Assembly: GCA_030754595.1 (NCBI GenBank)
Contig: JASLZZ010000026.1
Span: 1-64,000 of the forward strand
Source of the DNA: Nitrospinota bacterium
GTDB lineage: Bacteria; UBA8248
Direction of reading: 5' to 3'
DNA length: 64,000 nt
Part shown: one piece after another, positions 1 to 7,185 of the stretch
How the letters are laid out: every line of letters starts with the position of its first letter
Numbering within the stretch: position 1 is the stretch's first letter
Notes under the pieces: generated by a model
The model's input: only the letters and a program-made list of their open reading frames with translations
Told to the model about the DNA's origin: nothing
The model's database searches: none
Translations under genes and position numbers: made by a program

Positions 1-188
1 CGCTTGCAGGCCACAGGCACGCTCTGGCCCTGGGAAAGAAGAACTTCTGCTTCTCTCAGCTTGGATATGATCTGCTCGGGTGTATGACGCTTCTTGCTCA
101 TCTGAATCCCCCCGGATTGGGCGGTCACACCGAAAGAATACTGAAAGTACTCCCATTCAGCATGGACCGGTTTTGAGGGGGGAGATCA
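1..188 (-). mobile_element. Left end of an IS3-family (IS407-group-like) insertion sequence, truncated by the window edge
   Basis: The minus strand starts at 188 with TGATCTCCCCCCTCAAAACCGGTCCATGCTGAATGG, a 5'-TG IS3/IS407-type terminal IR, and is followed by an OrfA-like reading frame. Confidence 0.85.
3..101 (-). CDS. IS3-family transposase OrfA, N-terminus (partial)
   Basis: Manual translation from ATG at 101 gives MSKKRHTPEQIISKLREAEVLLSQGQSVPVACK, a typical IS3 OrfA HTH start. Not in the ORF track. Confidence 0.85.
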   Translation of the reverse strand, partial: MSKKRHTPEQIISKLREAEVLLSQGQSVPVACK

Positions 189-241
189 TCATCTCTAAGT
201 TCGCTGATCAGTTGTTTTTCTCTTTCACTATCCTCCTCCCC

Positions 242-2329
242 TCACACCCCGGTCATCTCGCACTTCTGGTAGTGCGAGAATGACATCGTGTAGGTGGCGC
301 GGCCCTGGGTGGCCGAGCGCAGGGCGGTGGCGTAGCCGAACATCTTGGCGAGGGGGACGCTGGCGCGGACGAGGTGGATGGGCGCCGCGCCGGGGCGCTC
401 CTCCATGCCGGCGACCTGGCCCTCTCGGGCGTTAAGATCGTTGATGGCCGCCCCGACGAACTCCTCGGGGACGCTCACCTCGACCGCCATCATCGGCTCC
501 AAGAGTTGGCCGCCCGCCTTGCGGCAAGCCTCGACGAAGGCCGTCCCGGCGGCGACGGCGAAGGCCGCCTCGGTCGCGCGGTCGGGGTCGTAGTCAACGG
601 CGGTGATCTCGGCGCGGGTGTCGGTCATCTCGTATCCGGCGAGGATGCCGCTCGAGGCCGAGCCCTCGAGCGCCGCGAGCGCGGCCCGTATGAGCTCTGC
701 CGGGATATCGCCGCCGGCGCCAGTGCCGGACACATCGCTCCCGCAGATCACCCCCTCGCCCGGCGCGGGGGCGGCGCGGACCCTGATCTTCGCGTACTGG
801 GGCTTTCCGGCGAGTTCGCGGTCAAAGACCGCCTCGGACGCGGCCTCCTTGATGAGCGTCTCGCGGTAGACCACGCGGGGCGCGCCGATGCGGACATCGA
901 CGCCGAACTCCTCGCCGATGCGGCGGGTGAGGACATCGAGGTGGAGTTCGCCCATCCCGCTGATGAGCGTCTGGCCCGAGTCGCCGTCCCGGCTCACATG
1001 AAAGGTCGGGTCCTCTGCCTCGAGCTTGGCGAGGGTTTCCTTGAGTTTTTTGGCCCCGGCGGCGCTCCGGGGCTCGATGGCCGAGGAGATGACGGGCGGG
1101 GGAGCGCTGATGGCCTCGAAGCGTATCGGGTGGGCCGGGTCGCAGAGGGTGTCGCCCGTCGCGGCCCATTTCATCCCCGCGGCGGCGACGATATCGCCGG
1201 GGCCGACCTCTTCGATGCGCTCTCTCTTGTGGGAGTGCATCCGGAAGAGTCGGGCGAGGCGCTCGCTTTTTTCCCGGCCGGAGTTGAGGTACTCGCCGCC
1301 CACCCGCCCGGCCCCGCTATAAACCCTCAGAAATGTCAGCCGCCGGCCTCCGTCGATCTGCACCTTGAACACCAGGGCCGAGAAGGGAGCTTCCGCCTCG
1401 GGCGACCGCAGGGCAGTGCCAGGCTCGGCGGGGGCCGCCTCTTTCTCTTCCCCGGGAATGTGCCCCCGCGCGGGGGGGGCCTCCGCCGGCGAGGGCAAAA
1501 AATCGATCACCCCGCCCAGCAGAGGCTGTATCCCCCGGTTGCGGAGCGAGGCCCCGCAGTAGACGGGTACGATCTCCCCGGCGATGACGCCGCGCCGAAG
1601 CGCGGCCCGGATTTCGGCCTCCCCGATCTCCTCGCCCCCGAGGAACGCATCGGCGATTTTTTCGTCGTAGTCGGCTGCGGTCTCGATCAGGGTCTCCCGG
1701 AGCGAAGCCGCTTTTTCGGCGAGCGCTTCATCGGCGGCAGTACGGCGCATCTCCCTGCCCTCGTCCTCGTCGCTCCAGCTCAAAAAATCGCCGGTCAATA
1801 CATCCACCTGACCCGTGTAGCGGTCGCTCTCGCCGTCGGGCCACTGCATGACGGCGGGGCTGACCCCGAGACGCTCCATGATCATATCGAGGGTGCGCTC
1901 GAAATCCGCCCCGGTGCGGTCGAGCTTGTTGATGAAAACCAGCCGGGGGATGGCGAACTTATCGGCCTGCCGCCAGACGGTCTCGCTCTGGGGCTCGACC
2001 CCCTCGACCGCGCTGAAGATCGCCACCGCCCCGTCGAGGACGCGCAGGCTCCGCTCGACCTCGATGGTGAAATCCACGTGGCCGGGCGTGTCGATGACGG
2101 TGATTTCGTGGTCGAGCCAGGTGGTCGTGATCGCGGCGGCGGTGATCGAGATGCCCCGCTCTTGTTCCTGACTCATCCAGTCGGTGGTGGCGCTCCCCTC
2201 GTCCACCTCGCCGATGCGGTGCACGAGCCCGCTGTAGTAGAGGATGCGCTCGGTCGTCGTCGTCTTGCCGGCGTCGATGTGGGAGATGATCCCGATGTTC
2301 CGCCGGCGCTCAAGCGGCGCGCGCGCCAT
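242..2329 (-). CDS. fusA: Elongation factor G paralogue (stand-alone, outside the str operon)
   Basis: 695 aa with G motifs SHIDAGKTT, ERGISI, DTPGHVDF and NKLD, plus GMGELHL and LLEPMM...LRSATQGRA. No rpsL/rpsG/tuf neighbours. Confidence 0.9.
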   Translation of the reverse strand: MARAPLERRRNIGIISHIDAGKTTTTERILYYSGLVHRIGEVDEGSATTDWMSQEQERGISITAAAITTTWLDHEITVIDTPGHVDFTIEVERSLRVLDGAVAIFSAVEGVEPQSETVWRQADKFAIPRLVFINKLDRTGADFERTLDMIMERLGVSPAVMQWPDGESDRYTGQVDVLTGDFLSWSDEDEGREMRRTAADEALAEKAASLRETLIETAADYDEKIADAFLGGEEIGEAEIRAALRRGVIAGEIVPVYCGASLRNRGIQPLLGGVIDFLPSPAEAPPARGHIPGEEKEAAPAEPGTALRSPEAEAPFSALVFKVQIDGGRRLTFLRVYSGAGRVGGEYLNSGREKSERLARLFRMHSHKRERIEEVGPGDIVAAAGMKWAATGDTLCDPAHPIRFEAISAPPPVISSAIEPRSAAGAKKLKETLAKLEAEDPTFHVSRDGDSGQTLISGMGELHLDVLTRRIGEEFGVDVRIGAPRVVYRETLIKEAASEAVFDRELAGKPQYAKIRVRAAPAPGEGVICGSDVSGTGAGGDIPAELIRAALAALEGSASSGILAGYEMTDTRAEITAVDYDPDRATEAAFAVAAGTAFVEACRKAGGQLLEPMMAVEVSVPEEFVGAAINDLNAREGQVAGMEERPGAAPIHLVRASVPLAKMFGYATALRSATQGRATYTMSFSHYQKCEMTGV

Positions 2330-2427
2330 TTGGGGGCCTCCGGTGTGAGTTCGCCTGAAGTCCGGGGAGCAGATTAACTCGGCGGGGGCCTGAGGTGAAG
2401 GGAGGGGGGTTAGGCTGTCCTGCTAAG

Positions 2428-2664
2428 AGGCTTCCCGCCTTGGCCGGGGGAAGCCTACCTCTCCCGCCGGGAGAGGGCTGGGGTGAGGGAGCCTCCAGTT
2501 CGAATTACAGGCGTCGTTTCTCACTCGAAGCCTAAGACGCCGCGAAGCGGCGGCCCGGACGGGCGGACCGGCTACTGGCTACAGGCCTCCTCGCTATTCA
2601 CTCGGAGTCACCCGCTATTCGCTCGGCTTACAGGTTCCTCGCTATTCGCTCGGAACCTACCTGA
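2428..2664. repeat. Cluster of REP-like palindromes (BIME-like)
   Basis: Consecutive hairpins AGGCTTCCC..GGGAAGCCT(AC), CCTCTCCC-GCC-GGGAGAGG and AGGTTCC..GGAACCT(AC). CGCTATTC(A/G)CTCGG occurs three times. On the minus strand two hairpins start with GTAG. Confidence 0.65.
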
Positions 2665-2680
2665 GTGGGCGGAGGCTGAC

Positions 2681-2905
2681 TCAGGCAGCCTGGGGCGAGC
2701 CGGACGGGCGGACGGGCCGGGGCTTCGCGGGCGGTTCGACGAAGGGTAGCTCGGGGGCGGGGGTGAGCCGGCTCTCGAGTTCCTCCTGGCGGCTTTCCCA
2801 CTCGGCGAACGGGAGATCGCCCGAGAGGTAGTCGTTGAGGTTGTCGAGGCAGGCCAGATTCACTTTTTTCGGGTTCCTGAGGCCGGGGCCGGTTCTGGGC
2901 GTCAT
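2681..2905 (-). CDS. Small hypothetical protein (74 aa)
   Basis: ATG at 2905 is preceded by the SD AAAAGGAG. Sequence MTPRTGPGLRNPKKVNLACLDNLNDYLSGDLPFAEWESRQEELESRL...; promoter and operators lie upstream. Confidence 0.6.
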   Translation of the reverse strand: MTPRTGPGLRNPKKVNLACLDNLNDYLSGDLPFAEWESRQEELESRLTPAPELPFVEPPAKPRPVRPSGSPQAA

Positions 2906-2967
2906 GGCTGATCTCCTTTTGTCATATCGCCGGCGGCGACGCTGGCTGGGAAGACGGGGCCACCCGC

Positions 2968-3061
2968 CCCCCATATCTAGCATCGGCGCCAAATGGAGAG
3001 GCCTTAACCTATAAACACAATATATGGTGCTTTTTTTCCTGTCGCCACCTATATATCCAGG
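2968..3061. promoter_or_regulatory. Three NrdR-box-like operators
   Basis: CCCCCATATCTAGCAT (2968-2983), ACACAATATATGGTGC (3015-3030) and a degenerate CACCTATATATCCAGG (3046-3061), compared with the consensus acaCwAtATaTwGtgt. The last two are 31 bp apart. Confidence 0.7.
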
Positions 3062-3086
3062 CTTTCGCTAAAGCTTCACTGAAGCG

Positions 3087-3115
3087 AATATAAAACGAAA
3101 CTCGGGAGACTGCAA
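3087..3115 (-). promoter_or_regulatory. Sigma70-type promoter for the 74-aa ORF
   Basis: TTGCAG-N17-TATATT on the minus strand, in an AT-rich patch within GC-rich DNA. Confidence 0.6.
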
Positions 3116-3167
3116 GCCTTTTCCGCATTTTTCCTTTCGGCCGGACGCGGGGTGGATATCCGCTGCC

Positions 3168-3226
3168 TGTCATTCCGAGCCCTTCGGCTGCGCTCAGGGC
3201 AGGCTCCGCGAGGGGCGAAGAATCCC
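3168..3226. repeat. REP/MITE-like palindromic element
   Basis: TGTCATTCCGAGC-CCTTCGGCTGCGCTCAGGGCAGGCTC-CGCGAGGGGCGAAGAATCCC resembles the widespread GTCATTCCGAGC...GAAGAATC intergenic repeats. It lies just 3' of the SDR gene. Confidence 0.6.
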
Positions 3227-3231
3227 CGGGA

Positions 3232-4011
3232 CTAGCGGGCGCCCGCCAGCGTCACCGTCGTCCCGCCGTCGCTCGTGACGCACGCCCCGTTCATGAAGTC
3301 GTTTTCCCCGGAGACCATGAAAGCGGCGAGGGCGGCCATCTCCTCGGGCTCGGCGAAGCGGCGGGCGGGTATCCCCTGGAGGCGGGAGGCGGCGTAGTCG
3401 GTATCCTCGGCGTATCGTTTCCTCGTGCGCTCGTTCAGGGTGGTGCCGGGCAGGATGCAGTTCACCCGGATTCCCCGGGGCCCCAGCTCGACGGCGAGGG
3501 CTCGGGTGAGGCTGTGGAGGGTGACTTTCGTGGCGCAGTAGAGGACGTTATCGGCCACCCCGATTTCGCCGAAGATCGAGCCGATGTTGAGGATGCGCCC
3601 GCTCCCCTGGGGGACCATGAGCCGGGCGGCCTCGCGCGAGGCGATGAAGGCCGAGATCGCGTTGACGTGAAAGACGCGGATAATTTCCTCGTCTGTGAAT
3701 TCGGTGACGGGGCCGGGGGCGCGGGCCCCGGCGCAGTTGACCAGGATGTCGAGCCCGCCCAGGTATTCCACCCCCTCGCGCACGATATCGCCCGCGCGGG
3801 TGCCGTCCGAGAGGTCGCAGGGGCGGCCCTCGGCGCTCGCGCCCGCGGCGCGGCAGGCTTCGATCGCGCGCTTTAATCCCGCTTCGTTTCCCCCGCCGGC
3901 GGCCCAGATCGAAGCGCCCTCGGCGGCGTAGCGCTCGGCGATGGCGGCCCCGATGCCGCCGGAGGCTCCGGTAACGATGGCGCGCTGACCTTCGAGTCTC
4001 TTCTCAGGCAT
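3232..4011 (-). CDS. SDR family NAD(P)-dependent oxidoreductase
   Basis: TGASGGIG glycine-rich motif, LVNCAG, catalytic YCATK (YxxxK) and IRVNCILPG. Confidence 0.9.
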   Translation of the reverse strand: MPEKRLEGQRAIVTGASGGIGAAIAERYAAEGASIWAAGGGNEAGLKRAIEACRAAGASAEGRPCDLSDGTRAGDIVREGVEYLGGLDILVNCAGARAPGPVTEFTDEEIIRVFHVNAISAFIASREAARLMVPQGSGRILNIGSIFGEIGVADNVLYCATKVTLHSLTRALAVELGPRGIRVNCILPGTTLNERTRKRYAEDTDYAASRLQGIPARRFAEPEEMAALAAFMVSGENDFMNGACVTSDGGTTVTLAGAR

Positions 4012-4494
4012 GGTGTCCTCCTCGTCATTTGGAAATGAATGATTCCGGATTTTTGGGAATTATGGGGCACCGGCCTTCTCTGTTCCAGCCCGGGGGAAGG
4101 AGATGTGTCGGTCTGACGAATTAGAGAGACAAAGCCTCCCCCCTATCGGGAGAGGAAGCGAAGCGGCAACCCGGACGGGCGGGCCGAGGGGGAGATTGAC
4201 ATGGGCGCGGCAGCCGCCAAATAGTACGGGGGGCGTTTCAAGAGACTTCGGGGACCGGGGCGAGGGTGACCGGAGGGGCCGTGCCGGCCTCGCCTGAGCC
4301 GGGGCTCACCGAGCGGGATGAGGGTCTTCCAGGCCGGAGAATCCCGCCGGGCCCGGGCGCCGCCCGCCGGTCCGATCCGAGTTATGCCTGCCCCGCCGAA
4401 CCGGGTGATTTGGGGTTTTTAGGTGGAAAATGCCGCGAAACGGGGGGGGGTCGCCTGCAATCTGTGAGGATTTTCGAGGGGCGATGATTTCCGG

Positions 4495-5457
4495 TTGGAA
4501 ATGCCGCGAAAACGGGAGCAGGAGCATGGGTTCAGTGAAGAATTTCGAGGGCCGATGAGAACAATATCTATATTTTCGCCCTCCTCCCCGAATCGGGCGT
4601 TGGGGGCCATCGCGGCCCTCCGGGCGACAGCCCTCCTGATGGCGCTGGCGCTCATGGGCTGCGGGGAGGGCTTTGAGACCACCACCAGCCGGGGCTTTGG
4701 CGTCAAGGAGTGGCACCTGCGCCTCGAGGGCGGGAAGATCGAGGCGGTGGCGGTCTGGCCCCCGGGAAAAGGCCCGTGGCCGGCACTGCTCCTGATTCAC
4801 TCGGGCAAGGGGCGGGCCCAGCGCTTCTCGCGGGAGCTTTTTAGCCTCTCGCGCAGGGGCCTCCTGGCGATGAGCATCTCGCTACCGGGGTTTGGGGACT
4901 CGACGGGACCCGAGGATTTCGCCGGGCCGCGCAGCGTCGGGGCCGTCCTCCAGGCCACGGAATACCTGGCCTCCCGGAAGGATGTCCCCCCGGGCGGAAT
5001 CGCCATATACGGCTTTGGCCAGGGGGCGACGACCGCCCTTCTCGCCGCTATCCGCGACCCCCGGATACGGCTCGTCGCCCTGGAGAGCGGGGTCTACGAC
5101 CTCGGGGGGGCCTTCAAATCGCTGCCGCCCACCATGCGAGAGCGGCTGCGCTCGATCATGGGGGGAAGCGCCCGCGATAAACCCCTGGCCTACAAGGCGC
5201 GGTCTCCGAAATTCGAGGCGGACAAGGTGCGCGGCCCGGTCCTGATCATGCATTCAGAAGAGTCCCGGATATTTCCGGTGGCGGAGTCCGAGGGGCTGGC
5301 CGCGAAGCTGAGAGGCGCGGGGCGTCCCTTCCGTTTTGTGATGACCCGGGGGGGGCTCCGGGAATTCCTCCCCGGCCATCCTTCCATTAAGCGGTGGGTG
5401 GTCCCTTTCATAGGGGACTACATGGCGCTCAACACCCCGAATCCCTCGAAAAACTGA
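4495..5457 (+). CDS. Alpha/beta hydrolase (S9/dienelactone-hydrolase-like), probable lipoprotein; true start probably near 4555
   Basis: Hydrophobic signal with lipobox LMGC, PWPALLLIH, SLPGFGDSTG and PVLIMH. The nucleophile elbow reads GFGQGA. Confidence 0.7.
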   Translation: MEMPRKREQEHGFSEEFRGPMRTISIFSPSSPNRALGAIAALRATALLMALALMGCGEGFETTTSRGFGVKEWHLRLEGGKIEAVAVWPPGKGPWPALLLIHSGKGRAQRFSRELFSLSRRGLLAMSISLPGFGDSTGPEDFAGPRSVGAVLQATEYLASRKDVPPGGIAIYGFGQGATTALLAAIRDPRIRLVALESGVYDLGGAFKSLPPTMRERLRSIMGGSARDKPLAYKARSPKFEADKVRGPVLIMHSEESRIFPVAESEGLAAKLRGAGRPFRFVMTRGGLREFLPGHPSIKRWVVPFIGDYMALNTPNPSKN

Positions 5458-5480
5458 TGTTTTTTCAGGCCATATCGTCC

Positions 5481-5507
5481 TAAAGTCACTCTCTAGCCTG
5501 CCGATAC
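5481..5507 (+). promoter_or_regulatory. Sigma28 (FliA)-type promoter
   Basis: TAAA-N15-GCCGATAC versus the consensus TAAA-N15-GCCGATAA. Confidence 0.7.
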
Positions 5508-5546
5508 ATCCTTATGGAGTCACTTGTCACACAGGAGATTTCCGAA

Positions 5547-5795
5547 ATGAGTCAGGCCGATTTAATCTCCGGCGCAAATCCCGGCGGGGATAGTGCGCTT
5601 GTGGCAGGTCCGGCGGCGCCCTCTCCCGATCCGGGGTTCTCCCGTCTGCTGGACGACGCAACCAGCCAGAAACCTTACCTGGCTGCCCCCCCTTCGACTC
5701 CCGCAGTGACCAGTTACAATGTCCGTAACCTTTTGAATAGGCAATCCCCCCCCCGGACAGCGGAGCGGGATACCTGTTCGCGAATATCGCGCTGA
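5547..5795 (+). CDS. Small hypothetical protein (82 aa), putatively sigma28-controlled
   Basis: SD AGGAG at 5533-5537 and ATG at 5547, downstream of the sigma28-like promoter. Confidence 0.5.
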   Translation: MSQADLISGANPGGDSALVAGPAAPSPDPGFSRLLDDATSQKPYLAAPPSTPAVTSYNVRNLLNRQSPPRTAERDTCSRISR

Positions 5796-5874
5796 ACGAA
5801 GAAGACTAGCGCCTGAGCGCACACGCTATTCCAGACGGATTTCAGTCTTTCTCAACCCTTATATTCCGCTTTTT

Positions 5875-6996
5875 CTAGCTGGTCTCACGAACCCTGCGAA
5901 TACGCTCCCCGAGAGGAGGATGCGTATGAAAAAAGGTGACAGCCCATGCAGGAGGCGAAGGGTCGGCCAGGTTATTTTTGCAAAGCCTCGTCAAGGCCGA
6001 GGAAATGGCTTCAGCCCCTCCTGTGTGAGAGGCCGCGAATCGGTCGCACCAGAACTCCAGCCGCCTTGATATCCGCCGGTAAAATGGCGCCAAGATGACT
6101 CCCCATATGGTCATGAAAATCCAAAGTGCCCCTACCGAGGAGGGTCCCCCTGGGATCGGTACAGGAGCCCCTAATGACATGAAAACTTCCGGAAACCGGA
6201 ATAGCTGGTGGGCCAGGAATAGTCCTGCCGTGAGAGATACTCCACGCCCCGCGATGAGCAGCCAGATGTGATTTCCAACGTGGTGAGCAATTTCATGAGC
6301 CAGAATGGCCTCGATTTCTTCGGGGGCGTAATCCAAAACCGTATCCCCCAAAACAACTCTCCGGGAGGGTCCCCATCCGACAAGGGCGGCATTGCCCGCC
6401 CGTGTACGCCGGCTCATGTCCATCTCCCAAACTCCGCCTCTTACCCGAGAACCCGTCCTGACCAATAGGTTCTCCAGCCGCTCCACTAGGTCCGAATTCG
6501 TTATTCGCTTAAACCTGAAAAAAAGCGGGACGATCAGGACAGGCGTAACCAGGACCATAAAAATTCCGAATACCGTTCCGAGAACAGCAGAAATCCACCA
6601 CCAACCGTACGGACGCCATGCCATGATCTGGGCTAGCGCCCCGGCCACTGCTCCTCCTATCAGGATATTCAGAACCAGGCTTTTTCCCTGATCCTTAAGC
6701 CATCCGCCGAGACTTTCATTCGACAATCCCACCGAGCGGGGCAAGCGAAATTCGGAGGCATAATCAAGCGGGAAGGCCGCGATGTGGTGCACGGCGACAA
6801 GCACGGCAAAATACATCGCCCCCGCCCAAAAGAGTGAGCCTCCCGCCTCGCGGAACCACTCCCCGGGCGCCATTATCCAGAAACCCGCGGGCACGGCGAA
6901 TCCCACCACCGATGCGGCGAGACCGAGCCACAGCCGCTTCATCTGATACCGTCTCGCCCGAGTGGCCTCCTCGGGCCCCAGGATTTCAGCGTTCAA
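5875..6996 (-). CDS. M48 family (Ste24/HtpX-like) membrane zinc metalloprotease
   Basis: Multiple TM segments, NAALVG, HEIAH (HExxH), LEFWCDRFA and HTHPPLGERI. Confidence 0.9.
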   Translation of the reverse strand: MNAEILGPEEATRARRYQMKRLWLGLAASVVGFAVPAGFWIMAPGEWFREAGGSLFWAGAMYFAVLVAVHHIAAFPLDYASEFRLPRSVGLSNESLGGWLKDQGKSLVLNILIGGAVAGALAQIMAWRPYGWWWISAVLGTVFGIFMVLVTPVLIVPLFFRFKRITNSDLVERLENLLVRTGSRVRGGVWEMDMSRRTRAGNAALVGWGPSRRVVLGDTVLDYAPEEIEAILAHEIAHHVGNHIWLLIAGRGVSLTAGLFLAHQLFRFPEVFMSLGAPVPIPGGPSSVGALWIFMTIWGVILAPFYRRISRRLEFWCDRFAASHTGGAEAISSALTRLCKNNLADPSPPAWAVTFFHTHPPLGERIRRVRETS

Positions 6997-7095
6997 TGAA
7001 TTTCTCCGGAAGGAGGGCGAAAATATCGATCACTACATGGACATCTCCGCCCACCCCAATGGCCTCTGTTCCTAATCATAATAAATACAATGTCT

Positions 7096-7124
7096 TTGAC
7101 ATTGCCCTTCAATCCGAACAAAAT
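7096..7124 (+). promoter_or_regulatory. Sigma70-type promoter candidate
   Basis: TTGACA-N17-CAAAAT upstream of the HD-GYP gene. Confidence 0.45.
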
Positions 7125-7185
7125 GATACACTTAAGAATAAGGAAAATCCTCAAAGCTGAGCCATTTTGAACGCGATACGGAGAA

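Noticed and set aside
374..2377. 667-aa plus-strand ORF, and similar long antisense ORFs at 27168-28790, 30640-32076 and 54512-55597
   Set aside because: These are shadow frames antisense to well-supported genes (fusA, pheST, thrS, UroD-like), expected in GC-rich DNA, and carry no recognisable motifs.
2580..2664. CRISPR-like array from the repeated CGCTATTCRCTCGG
   Set aside because: Only three 14-bp units with 7-13 bp gaps and no cas genes; fits REP-like palindromes better.
4270..4395. TPP riboswitch (CTGAG and GATCCGAGTTATGCC resemble parts of it)
   Set aside because: The conserved CTGAGA, ACCTGA and terminal AGGGA elements and their spacing are missing, and the downstream gene is unrelated to thiamine.
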